Positions 20,643-29,090 are shown, counted from the stretch's first letter. The stretch: 32,000 bases of DNA from Alkalilimnicola ehrlichii MLHE-1 (GCF_000014785.1 NC_008340.1:1440001-1472000); one strand, 5' to 3'. Program-made: numbers and translations. The notes: generated from the letters alone by a model not told the origin.

Positions 20643-20728
20643 CCGCCGCCCCTGTGCGGCGGCGGTCCGTCCGGAACCCCCGCCATCTTCGTTCCGGCCC
20701 GCTGGCCGGTCGGGGGGCGGGGGTTTCC
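20643..20728 (+). terminator. GC-rich stem-loops downstream of adk (possible terminator or REP-like element)
   Basis: First, an 8-bp hairpin: CCGCCGCC (20643-50) pairs with GGCGGCGG (20658-65). Second, a nested structure: GGAACCCCCGCC (20673-84) pairs with GGCGGGGGTTTCC (20716-28) with a 1-nt bulge, enclosing CCGGCC-CGCT-GGCCGG (20694-20709). There is only a short T run. Confidence 0.4.
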
Positions 20729-20768
20729 GCGTTCTATACAGGCAACCATCTGCCCAGAGGTGAACCCG

Positions 20769-21071
20769 ATGACAACGGAGGAAAAACCGGATCCCCGCAC
20801 CTTATTGAACCGGGAGACCGCGCGCATTGGCTGGTCGGAGCTGGAGCGGCATTTCGCCAGCGGCGCCATGGTGACCGTCTCCCATGAACTGGATCTGGTG
20901 GAGGTAGGGGCCCGCTTTATCGAGGACGACAAAAAGGCGGTGGCGGCGTGGCTTGAGGGGGGCTATCTCCGCCGTACCGGCGAGGAGGAGGCGCAACGCT
21001 GGTCGGCGCAGGATGCGACCCTCTGGTGCGTGGTGGTGGCCCCCTGGGTGCTGGTGCAGGAGCCCCGCTGA
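20769..21071 (+). CDS. DUF2288-family protein
   Basis: ~100-aa ORF ending 'LWCVVVAPWVLVQE', which matches my recollection of DUF2288 proteins. ATG 20769 follows AGAGG. The GTG at 20760 is an alternative start. Confidence 0.65.
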   Translation: MTTEEKPDPRTLLNRETARIGWSELERHFASGAMVTVSHELDLVEVGARFIEDDKKAVAAWLEGGYLRRTGEEEAQRWSAQDATLWCVVVAPWVLVQEPR

Positions 21072-21193
21072 CCCCTTGACGGCAGGGGCCGGTGCCCCCA
21101 TGGTCTATTGATAGAGTTGATCATTACGGGCGGACCGTGGTGTCCGGCGGCCGGGCAGGCCGGCCCCCCGCGGCCCGCCAGGAGCAACACACC

Positions 21194-21859
21194 ATGAGCG
21201 ACGAGTCCATCACAGTCGATGCCGGCTCCGCGGCCCTGCTGGTCGTGGACATGCAGCCTGACTTCATGCCGGGGGGGCCGTTGGCTGCTCCGGAGGGGGA
21301 CACGCTGGTGGAACCCATCGGTCGGTTGATGGCCTCGGGGCTGTTTCGGCACATCATCGCCACCCAGGACTGGCACCCGGCCGATCATGTCTCCTTCGCC
21401 AGCCAGCAGCCCGGTCGGTCGCCCTTCGACACCATTGAGCTCTACGGCCAGCCCCAGGTCCTCTGGCCCGACCACTGTGTGCAGGATACTCCCGGCGCAG
21501 CCCTTCACCCCGATATGCCGTGGCGGCACGCCACGCTTGTTCTGCGGAAGGCCACGGACCCGGCCGTGGACTCTTACAGCGCCTTTCGGAGCAATCATGG
21601 GCCCGACGGCCGCCGGCCACCCACCGGGCTCGCGGGCTATCTGCGCGATCACGGGGTCAGCGAGGTGTTCCTCTGCGGCCTGGCCCGGGACTACTGCGTC
21701 AAGTGGAGCGCCGAGGACGGGGCCGCCGAGGGTTTCGCCTGTCACTTTCTCTGGGACCTCACGCGGCCGGTGGATCCCGCCGCGGATGACGCGGTGCGCC
21801 GGGATCTCATCGGCGCCGGGGTGCGGTTAGTCGAATCCAGTCAACTCAAGGGGGCCTGA
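21194..21859 (+). CDS. pncA: Nicotinamidase / pyrazinamidase (isochorismatase superfamily)
   Basis: 'LLVVDMQPDF' (catalytic Asp), 'QDWHPADHVSF' (metal ligands), 'WPDHCV', 'LRKA' (Lys) and 'FLCGLARDYCV' (catalytic Cys). ATG 21194 follows GGAG. Confidence 0.85.
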   Translation: MSDESITVDAGSAALLVVDMQPDFMPGGPLAAPEGDTLVEPIGRLMASGLFRHIIATQDWHPADHVSFASQQPGRSPFDTIELYGQPQVLWPDHCVQDTPGAALHPDMPWRHATLVLRKATDPAVDSYSAFRSNHGPDGRRPPTGLAGYLRDHGVSEVFLCGLARDYCVKWSAEDGAAEGFACHFLWDLTRPVDPAADDAVRRDLIGAGVRLVESSQLKGA

Positions 21860-21879
21860 GCGCCCGTAAGGCGTCCACC

Positions 21880-22413
21880 ATGCCCGAACTGATCTATTTC
21901 GCCTACGGCTCCAATCTGCACCCGCTCCGGCTGCGCCGCCGGGTCCCCTCCAGCCGGCCGCTGGGGACCGCGGTGTTGCCCGACCACGCCTTGCGTTTCG
22001 ACAAAAAGAGCGTCACCGACGGCTCGGGCAAGTGCCGGATCGCCGCGCGGCCCGGTGGGCGGGTCCACGGTGTGCTTTTCTCCCTGCGCGCGGACGAACG
22101 GCCCTACCTGGATGCGGCGGAGAGCCTGGGTGTCGGCTATTTCCTGGAGGATATCGAGGTGCACGCCGAGGGGGGCGAGGCGGTCCGGGCCTTCACCTAC
22201 GTGGCCAATCCGGAACGGCTGGACCCCACGGTTCAGCCCTATTGCTGGTACCGGGACATCGTCGCTGCCGGCGCGCGCTTCCACGCCTTTCCCGCGGACT
22301 ATATCGAGGCGATCGCCAAGCAGCCGGTCTGGGAGGATCCGGATAGCGACCGGCGCCTGCGCCAGCACGCGCTGGTCCGCGCCTGCATGGACTGGCGCTC
22401 CGCCCCAGCCTGA
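21880..22413 (+). CDS. Gamma-glutamylcyclotransferase-like (AIG2/GGCT fold) protein
   Basis: N-terminal 'YFAYGSNL' signature of the GGCT/AIG2 family. 177 aa. Confidence 0.72.
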   Translation: MPELIYFAYGSNLHPLRLRRRVPSSRPLGTAVLPDHALRFDKKSVTDGSGKCRIAARPGGRVHGVLFSLRADERPYLDAAESLGVGYFLEDIEVHAEGGEAVRAFTYVANPERLDPTVQPYCWYRDIVAAGARFHAFPADYIEAIAKQPVWEDPDSDRRLRQHALVRACMDWRSAPA

Positions 22414-22416
22414 AGT

Positions 22417-22441
22417 CACCGGCCCAGTGGCCGTGCCGGTG
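22417..22441. terminator. Hairpin between the convergent GGCT-like gene and cysN
   Basis: CACCGGC (22417-23) pairs with GCCGGTG (22435-41) within the 37-nt convergent gap. There is no clear U-tract on either strand. Confidence 0.35.
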
Positions 22442-22450
22442 TGACCCGTC

Positions 22451-24127
22451 TCAGGACACGCCCGGTTGGTGGGCGAGGACCTCGTGGATCAGCTCGTCGA
22501 GAAGGGCCTCGTCATCGTCCGCCACCGGGCGGGCGAGCAGCGGCCCGGCCGGTAAGGGTGCGGGGGCGGGGGCCTCGCTGTCAGCAAGCACCACCAGCCC
22601 GGCGTCCAGAAAAAGGGGTAACAGCGCCTCCGGGCCGAGGCCGCCGGGCAGCGACCGGGGCAGGCGGTACGTATGCAGGCCCTGGGCGAAGAGCGCGCCG
22701 TCCAGGCGCTCGAGCAGGGCCGAGCGCCGGGCCGGGTCGTCCCCGTGCAGCCAGACGGTCAGCGCGGTCTGACCCTTCTGGGCGGCCCGTCCCTCGTGGT
22801 CCGGAGCCACCGGGGCGCCGATGTCGCGCTGCAGGTCGGTGATCATGCCGGCGGCGACGGTGCCGTGGTGGGTCCGGTCCACCAACACGAAGGCGCCGGC
22901 GTCCGTGCAGTCGGCGTAGGGTTCGCAGGGCAGCGGTGCGCCGAGACTGATTTCCACGCCGGCAATGCCATTCAGTGGCACCCCCTCGGGGGCCCCACGC
23001 TGTTCCAGGTCGGTGATATCCAGCGTGTGCAGCAGCCGGGTCACAGTGGCTGGGACCGAGCGACTGGCCAGTTTCAGCCAGAATTGCCGCCCGCGGTGGA
23101 GGGGCTGCTCATCCATCCAGATCAAGTTCGCCCGAAGCTGGCGGGCGCAGCGCAGGCCGGTGTGCTCCTCGGCCACCAGCCAGTCGCCCCGGGAGACGTC
23201 CACCTCGTCGGCCAGGGTGACGGTCACCGCCTGGCCGGCGTGGGCCTCGGCTTGCGGCCCGGAGAAGCCTTCCACGCTGCGAATGCGGGTCCGCTGCCCT
23301 CCCGGCAGCACGCGCACAGGCTGATCCGCGCGCAGGGTGCCGGTGGCCAGCGTCCCGGCATAGCCGCGGAACCCGGCATGGGGCCGGTTGACGTACTGCA
23401 CAGGCAGGCGGACAGGGCCCGACGGGCGCTGGTCGACGGCCGGCTGCACCCCTTCCAGCCATTGCAACAGGGTGGGCCCGGTGTACCAGGGCGCCGTCGG
23501 TCCGGCCCGCCGGACCACGTTGTCCCCGTGCAGGGCGGCGACCGGGATGCAGGCCACCTGCTCCAGCCCCAGGCGCGTGGCCAGTACCCGGTAATCGCGT
23601 TCGATGGTGCGGAAGGTGGCCTCGTCCCACGCCACCCGGTCCATCTTGTTCACCGCCAGGACCACCGAGCGGATGCCGAGCAGGGCGCAGATGGCGCTGT
23701 GGCGACGGGTCTGGGGCAGCAGCCCCTTGGCCGCGTCCACCAGCAGGATGGCGACATCGGCGGTGGAGGCCCCGGTGGCCATATTGCGGGTGTACTGCTC
23801 ATGGCCGGGGGTATCGGCGATGATGAACTTGCGCCTTTCGGTGGCGAAGTAGCGGTAGGCCACGTCGATGGTGATCCCCTGCTCGCGCTCGGCCTCCAGC
23901 CCGTCCACCAGCAGCGCCAGATCGGGGCTGTCGCCGGTGGTGCCGTAGCGGGCACTGGCGCGTTCCACCGCGGCGAGCTGATCATCGGGAATGGCGCCGG
24001 CATCATAGAGCAGCCGGCCGATGAGCGTGCTCTTGCCGTCGTCCACGCTGCCGCAGGTGAGCAGACGCAACAGATCGCGGGCCTCCAGCGCCTCCAGGCG
24101 CCGCTCCAGATCGGTGTTGGTGGTCAT
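22451..24127 (-). CDS. cysN: Sulfate adenylyltransferase subunit 1 (GTPase) with a degenerate C-terminal APS-kinase-like domain
   Basis: G1 'GSVDDGKST', G3 'DTPGHEQY' and G4 'NKMD' are intact. At 558 aa it is longer than E. coli CysN. The C-terminal ~125 aa resemble CysC but lack the Walker A motif (see findings). Confidence 0.92.
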   Translation of the reverse strand: MTTNTDLERRLEALEARDLLRLLTCGSVDDGKSTLIGRLLYDAGAIPDDQLAAVERASARYGTTGDSPDLALLVDGLEAEREQGITIDVAYRYFATERRKFIIADTPGHEQYTRNMATGASTADVAILLVDAAKGLLPQTRRHSAICALLGIRSVVLAVNKMDRVAWDEATFRTIERDYRVLATRLGLEQVACIPVAALHGDNVVRRAGPTAPWYTGPTLLQWLEGVQPAVDQRPSGPVRLPVQYVNRPHAGFRGYAGTLATGTLRADQPVRVLPGGQRTRIRSVEGFSGPQAEAHAGQAVTVTLADEVDVSRGDWLVAEEHTGLRCARQLRANLIWMDEQPLHRGRQFWLKLASRSVPATVTRLLHTLDITDLEQRGAPEGVPLNGIAGVEISLGAPLPCEPYADCTDAGAFVLVDRTHHGTVAAGMITDLQRDIGAPVAPDHEGRAAQKGQTALTVWLHGDDPARRSALLERLDGALFAQGLHTYRLPRSLPGGLGPEALLPLFLDAGLVVLADSEAPAPAPLPAGPLLARPVADDDEALLDELIHEVLAHQPGVS

Positions 24128-24165
24128 GGTATTCCGGTGTGCTTGCGATGAATGGGGGGTGGCGA

Positions 24166-25113
24166 TCAGAAGTAGCCTTCCCGCTTCTTGCGCTCCATGG
24201 AGCCGGACTGGTCGTGGTCGATGGCGCGACCCTGGCGCTCGCTGCTGGAGGAGTCGAGCATCTCGGCGATGATCTCCGGCACCGAGCGGGCCTCTGAGCG
24301 GATGGCGCCGGTGAGCGGATAGCAGCCCAGCGTGCGGAAGCGGACCCGCTCCAGGCGCGGGATCTCGCCCGGGGCCAGCGGTAGGCGGTCATCGTCCACC
24401 ATGATCAGAAGCCCGTCCCGTTCCACCACCGGCCGCTCCGCCGCGAAATAGAGCGGCACCACCGGGATGCCCTCGCGATGGATGTAGAGCCAGATGTCCA
24501 GTTCCGTCCAGTTGGAGAGCGGGAAGACGCGGATACTCTCCCCCTTGTGGATGCGCCCGTTGTAGACGTTCCACAGCTCCGGGCGCTGGGCCTTCGGATC
24601 CCAGCGGTGGTGCCGGTCGCGAAAGGAGTAGACACGCTCCTTGGCGCGGCTGGCCTCCTCGTCCCGGCGGGCGCCGCCGAAGGCGGCATCGAAGCCATAG
24701 CGGTCAAGGGCCTGTTTCAGCGCCTGGGTCTTCATGACGTCGGTGTGCACCGCGGAGCCGTGGCTGAAGGGGCCGATGCCGCGTGCCACCCCCTCCTGGT
24801 TGATGTGGACCCGCAACGCCATTCCGCTTTCCGCCGCCATGCGGTCTCGGAACGCGATCATCTCGCGGAACTTCCAGGTCGTATCCACGTGCAGCAGGGG
24901 GAAGGGCGGGGTGCCGGGATGGAACGCCTTGCGGGCGAGGTGCAGCATCACCGAGGAGTCCTTGCCCACCGAGTAAAGCATCACCGGGTTATCGAACTCG
25001 GCAGCCACCTCCCGGAGGATATGGATGCTCTCCGCCTCGAGCCGATCCAGGTGGCTGGCGGCGGGCAACGCATTGGGTTGCGGACCCTGAAGGGCCGTTG
25101 CGGCACTGCTCAT
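24166..25113 (-). CDS. cysD: Sulfate adenylyltransferase subunit 2
   Basis: PP-loop '[14 protein letters not shown]' and the C-terminal '[10 protein letters not shown]' typical of CysD. It lies 38 nt upstream of cysN. Confidence 0.95.
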   Translation of the reverse strand: MSSAATALQGPQPNALPAASHLDRLEAESIHILREVAAEFDNPVMLYSVGKDSSVMLHLARKAFHPGTPPFPLLHVDTTWKFREMIAFRDRMAAESGMALRVHINQEGVARGIGPFSHGSAVHTDVMKTQALKQALDRYGFDAAFGGARRDEEASRAKERVYSFRDRHHRWDPKAQRPELWNVYNGRIHKGESIRVFPLSNWTELDIWLYIHREGIPVVPLYFAAERPVVERDGLLIMVDDDRLPLAPGEIPRLERVRFRTLGCYPLTGAIRSEARSVPEIIAEMLDSSSSERQGRAIDHDQSGSMERKKREGYF

Positions 25114-25964
25114 GCGGTTCCTCCCGCTTTTCTCAAAGGCCGGACGCCGGCCCCGGCATCCGTCGTTGCAGGCAAGTCACGAAAAACCGGGGCCCCGGCG
25201 TTCACCCCGGGCCGAAACCAGTTCAGTTCACTCTGGAGCCGCACCGTCTCACCGATGATGAGCAGCGCCGGTGACTGTACCGCGGCGGCAGCCACCTGGC
25301 GGGGGAGCGTCTCCAGACTGCCGGTGATCACCCGCTGTGCCCGGGTGGTGCCCTGTTCCACCACTGCGGCCGGATGAGAGGAGGGCAGCCCATGCTGGCG
25401 AAGGCGGGCACACACGTCTGCCAGCGGCCCCAAGGCCATATAGAACACCAGGGTCTGACCGGGTCGGGCCAGGTCCGCCCAGTCGGTTTCGTCCGCATCG
25501 GTGGCCGGATGCCCGGTCAGGAAACGGCAACTGTGGGCGAGATCCCGATGGGTCAGGGGAATGCCCGCGTAGGCGGCGCAGCCCTGGGCCGCGGTGATGC
25601 CGGGGACCACCTGAAAAGGTACGCCCGCCGCTGCGAGCTCGGCGGCTTCCTCGCCGCCGCGGCCGAAGATGAAGGGATCGCCCCCCTTCAGTCGGAGGAC
25701 CCGCTGGCCTGCCGAGGCCAGTTCCACCAGACGGGCGCAGATGGCGGACTGGCTGAGGCTGTGGTGGCCCGCCGACTTGCCCACCGGGATGCGTTCGGCG
25801 TCCGGGCTGACGAGGGCGAGGATCTCCGGTGCCACCAGTCGGTCATACAGCACCACGTCCACCGACTGCATGATCCGCGCGGCGCGCAGGGTCAGCAGGT
25901 CCGGGTCGCCGGGGCCGGCGCCCACCAGGAAGACTTCACCGGGACGGGGCAGGGCGGCTGTCAT
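25110..25964 (-). CDS. cobA: Uroporphyrinogen-III C-methyltransferase (SUMT domain only)
   Basis: '[18 protein letters not shown]' and '[15 protein letters not shown]'. I set the start at ATG 25964, inside ORF 25110..26051. Its stop overlaps the cysD start (ATGA). Confidence 0.88.
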   Translation of the reverse strand: MTAALPRPGEVFLVGAGPGDPDLLTLRAARIMQSVDVVLYDRLVAPEILALVSPDAERIPVGKSAGHHSLSQSAICARLVELASAGQRVLRLKGGDPFIFGRGGEEAAELAAAGVPFQVVPGITAAQGCAAYAGIPLTHRDLAHSCRFLTGHPATDADETDWADLARPGQTLVFYMALGPLADVCARLRQHGLPSSHPAAVVEQGTTRAQRVITGSLETLPRQVAAAAVQSPALLIIGETVRLQSELNWFRPGVNAGAPVFRDLPATTDAGAGVRPLRKAGGTA

Positions 25965-25966
25965 GG

Positions 25967-26704
25967 TCACTGCCTCCCCGCCGCCTGTTGTGCGTCTGCC
26001 GCGGGGTTGCGGTGCAGCCCGCACTCCCGCTGCGTCGGGTCCTCCCACCACCAGCGACCGGCACGGGGATCCTCGCCCACGGTCACGGCGCGGGTGCAGG
26101 GGGCGCAGCCGATGCTGGGGTACCCCTGGTCGTGGAGGCGGTTGTAGGGCACTTCATGATGGCGGATATAGGCCCAGACATCGGCCTCACTCCATTCCGC
26201 CAGCGGGTTGAACTTGGCCAGGCCATGGGCGGCATCGTGTTCCTCCACCGGCAGTCCGTGGCGGGTGACCGATTGGGCCCGCCGCTGCCCGGTGATCCAG
26301 GCCCGGCGGCCGGCCAGGGCGCGGTTCAGGGGCTCCACCTTGCGCACGTAGCAGCAGGCCTCCCGGGCGCTGCGGCTGTCGTAAAAGCCGTTGATGCCGT
26401 GGTTGTGAACCCAACGCTGGACCAAATCGGCCTCGGGATACCAGGCCTCAATGACCACGCCGTAACGCGCCCGTGCCTGCTGGTGCAAGTCGTGGGTCTC
26501 CGGGTTCAGCCGCCCGGTGTCCAGCGTAAAGGGAGTGATGCCAGGTGCCTCTCGGCAGACCAGGTCCAGCAGCACCATGTCCTCGGCACCGAAGCTCATA
26601 GCCAGCGCCGCCGGTGAATGCTGGCCTTCGATATGGCGGAGCAGGGTGGCGGCGGCCTCGGTCAGGGCCTGCAGGCGTTGCGGAGTGACATGCTCGCTTT
26701 TCAT
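25967..26704 (-). CDS. cysH: Adenylylsulfate (APS) reductase, thioredoxin-dependent, Fe-S type
   Basis: '[11 protein letters not shown]', '[12 protein letters not shown]', 'SIGCAPCTR' and 'RECGLH'. I prefer ATG 26704 as the start; the GTG at 26734 is an alternative. The stop lies 2 nt before the cobA start. Confidence 0.88.
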   Translation of the reverse strand: MKSEHVTPQRLQALTEAAATLLRHIEGQHSPAALAMSFGAEDMVLLDLVCREAPGITPFTLDTGRLNPETHDLHQQARARYGVVIEAWYPEADLVQRWVHNHGINGFYDSRSAREACCYVRKVEPLNRALAGRRAWITGQRRAQSVTRHGLPVEEHDAAHGLAKFNPLAEWSEADVWAYIRHHEVPYNRLHDQGYPSIGCAPCTRAVTVGEDPRAGRWWWEDPTQRECGLHRNPAADAQQAAGRQ

Positions 26705-26913
26705 GGTGTCGGTCCCGTTTGTGGATGGGGGCACGCTAGCAAAGCGGCAACGGGTTAAGAAGTAATGTTTTTTGCTTTGCTTAATGCGAGAGGGAATGAC
26801 TGACAGAGTTTTGAAAATCCATAAGCATAAGCAATTCCCGATTCATTCTTTCTGCCTCCGGGGCCACGACCACTAAGCTTGGGCCGTCAATACACGGCAG
26901 GGATTCTAGAGGC
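26705..26913. promoter_or_regulatory. Divergent cysH / cysI control region (AT-rich)
   Basis: 209-nt gap between divergent operons with a conspicuously AT-rich core (~26755-26860). Inverted repeat AGCAAAGC (26738-45) / GCTTTGCT (26774-81). TTGAAA at 26811-16. Tandem ATAAGC-ATAAGC at 26821-32. The cysI RBS AGAGG is at 26906-10. Confidence 0.5.
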
Positions 26914-28569
26914 ATGTATCAATACACCGACGAGGATTACGCCCTGGTGCGGGAGCGGGTGGACGAGTTCCGCGACCAGACCCGCCGTCATCTGGCGGGC
27001 GAGCTGAGTGAGGACGACTATCGGCCGCTGCGGTTGATGAACGGCCTCTATATCCAACGGCTCGGCCCCATGCTACGCATCGCCATCCCCTATGGCACCC
27101 TTTCGGTCCGACAGTTGCGGGCCCTGGCGGAGGTGGCGCGGCGCTACGACCGGGGTCTGGGCCACTTCACCACCCGCCAGAACCTGCAGCTGCACCACCT
27201 GAAGCTGGAGGACGTGCCGGAGGTGCTGGCCGACCTGGCCGGGGTGGAGATGCACGCCATCCAGACCAGTGGCAACTGCATCCGCAACGTCACCAGCGAT
27301 CAGATGGCGGGTGTCGCCCCGGACGAGGTGGACGACCCCCGGCCGTGGTGCGAACTCATCCGCCAGTGGGCGAACCTGCACCCGGAGTTCAGTTACCTGC
27401 CCCGTAAGTTCAAGATTGCGGTCAGCGGCGCCCGTCACGACCGGGCCGCCGTACAGGTGCACGACATCGGCCTGCGGCTGGTTTCCGGGACGGGGCATGC
27501 CGCCCGCTTCGAGGTCTGGGTCGGCGGCGGGCTCGGCCGGACGCCGGTGATCGCCCAACGGCTGCGTACGGACCTGCCCGGCGAGCAGTTGCTGCCCTAT
27601 TTGGAGGCCATCCTCAGGATCTATAACCGGCTGGGCCGGCGTGACAACAAGTACAAAGCGCGGATCAAGATCCTGGTACGGGAGTTGGGCCTGGCCCGGT
27701 TCCGGGATCTGGTCGAGACCGAGTACGCCACCATGGAAAAGGCGCCCCTGCGGATCTCCGAATCGCGCTATCGGGCCGTGGCGGGCCACTTCGACCGGCC
27801 GCCGGTATCGGCCCCGGCGGCCGACGAGCAGGGGCTTGAGGCCCAGGCGGCGGAAGAGCCGGCCTTCGGCCATTGGCTGCGCTGGAACACCGAGTTGCAG
27901 CGTCAGCCCGGGGTACGGGCGGTCACCGTCTGCCTGAAAGGGGGTGAACGCCAGCCGGGGGATATCACCAGCGACGAAATGGATGCCGTGGCCGATCTGG
28001 CGGAGCGGTTCGGGCAGGGCGAGATTCGCAGCACCCACCACCAGAACCTGGTGCTGCCGGATATCCCGGCCGGGGACTTGCGCGAGGTCTGGCGGACCCT
28101 GGCGGCGCGTGGACTGGCCCATCCGGTGGTAGGCACGGTGTCGGATGTCATCTGCTGCCCGGGTTGGAAGTACTGCAACCTGGCCAACGCCGAATCCATC
28201 CCGGTGGCCCTGGCGGTGCAGGCGGAGCTGGATGAACTGGACTATCTCCACGATCTGGGTGAGGTGCGGCTGAATATCTCCGGCTGCATGAACGCCTGCG
28301 GCCACCACCATGTGGGCCATATCGGTATTCTGGGCGTGGAGAAGCGGGGCAAGCCCTGGTATCAGATCCAGCTCGGCGGATCATCGGCCGGTGAGGTCAG
28401 TCTGGGCAAGGTGCTCGGCCCCGCCGTGCCCCAGGAACAGGTGGCGCCGGTGGTGGGGTCGCTGATGGCGCGCTATGTCGCCCTGCGCGAGGGCGATGAA
28501 CGTTTCCTCGATACCGTGCGCCGGGTCGGCCTGGCGCCCTTCAAGGAGGTGCTCCATGCTGCTGCGTGA
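26914..28569 (+). CDS. cysI: Sulfite reductase hemoprotein (siroheme/4Fe-4S, NirA/CysI family)
   Basis: 551 aa. The nitrite/sulfite reductase repeats include 'TTRQNLQLH' and 'TSGNCIRNVT'. Cluster and siroheme Cys motifs 'CCPGWKYC' and 'SGCMNACGHH' are present. Confidence 0.9.
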   Translation: MYQYTDEDYALVRERVDEFRDQTRRHLAGELSEDDYRPLRLMNGLYIQRLGPMLRIAIPYGTLSVRQLRALAEVARRYDRGLGHFTTRQNLQLHHLKLEDVPEVLADLAGVEMHAIQTSGNCIRNVTSDQMAGVAPDEVDDPRPWCELIRQWANLHPEFSYLPRKFKIAVSGARHDRAAVQVHDIGLRLVSGTGHAARFEVWVGGGLGRTPVIAQRLRTDLPGEQLLPYLEAILRIYNRLGRRDNKYKARIKILVRELGLARFRDLVETEYATMEKAPLRISESRYRAVAGHFDRPPVSAPAADEQGLEAQAAEEPAFGHWLRWNTELQRQPGVRAVTVCLKGGERQPGDITSDEMDAVADLAERFGQGEIRSTHHQNLVLPDIPAGDLREVWRTLAARGLAHPVVGTVSDVICCPGWKYCNLANAESIPVALAVQAELDELDYLHDLGEVRLNISGCMNACGHHHVGHIGILGVEKRGKPWYQIQLGGSSAGEVSLGKVLGPAVPQEQVAPVVGSLMARYVALREGDERFLDTVRRVGLAPFKEVLHAAA

Positions 28570-29005
28570 CGACGGCGAGCCCGTGACCGATGACTTTGTC
28601 CGGCCGCGGTCCGGGGTGCCCGCCGATCCCCTGCCCCCCGGGGACTGGCTGCTCCGGCGTGAGGACTGGGAGGCGGCCGGCCGTCCCTGGCCGGAGACCG
28701 GCCGCCTGGGGCTGGAGCTGGAGGGCCAAGACAGCCCCGAGGGCTTGGAAGACGTGCTGTCCGAGCTGGCCCTGATCGTGGTTCGCTTCCCGGTGGCCAC
28801 CGACGGGCGGGGCTTTAGCCTGCTTCCGTGGTTGCGGCGTTTGGGCTACTCCGGCCCGGTGCGTGCGGCCGGCGATCTGCGGGTTGATCAGCTCAGCGCC
28901 CTGCGTCGCACGGGCTTTAATAGCTTCGAGCTGGCGGCGGGCGTGGACCTGGCGGTGGCTCGCGACTGTCTGCGGCGTTTCGGACGGCACGGGGTGCCGG
29001 CATGA
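28556..29005 (+). CDS. DUF934-family protein (sulfite-reductase-associated)
   Basis: 149 aa starting at ATG 28556, which overlaps the cysI end by 14 nt. 'RFPVATDGRGFSLLPWLRR' matches the DGRGFS core I recall for DUF934. Confidence 0.8.
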   Translation: MLLRDDGEPVTDDFVRPRSGVPADPLPPGDWLLRREDWEAAGRPWPETGRLGLELEGQDSPEGLEDVLSELALIVVRFPVATDGRGFSLLPWLRRLGYSGPVRAAGDLRVDQLSALRRTGFNSFELAAGVDLAVARDCLRRFGRHGVPA

Positions 29006-29090
29006 GGCGGCTGCAACGCCGCCCGCGGACCCCCGCCGGGCTAGCGCCCAGGGATTGCGGTTGCAGTCCGGGCCGCGGAGCGGCGGAGGG

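Noticed and set aside
22451-24127. Calling this gene a bifunctional CysNC (sulfate adenylyltransferase plus APS kinase) because it is longer than plain CysN.
   Set aside because: The C-terminal extension lacks the Walker A GxxGxGKST and the DGDN motif, and it is only about 60% of a kinase domain. I therefore call it CysN with a degenerate kinase-like relic (see findings).
22673-24151. A 492-aa + strand ORF opposite cysN. Similar long antisense or alternate-frame ORFs occur at 650..1765, 1774..2892, 2412..3680, 3530..4777, 6445..7884, 7616..9277, 8907..10034, 17833..18918, 24478..25377, 25374..26147 and 27073..28320.
   Set aside because: Every one overlaps a confidently identified gene on the other strand or in another frame. 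All have the Arg/Gly/Pro/His-rich composition of GC-driven spurious ORFs, and none shows a conserved motif.
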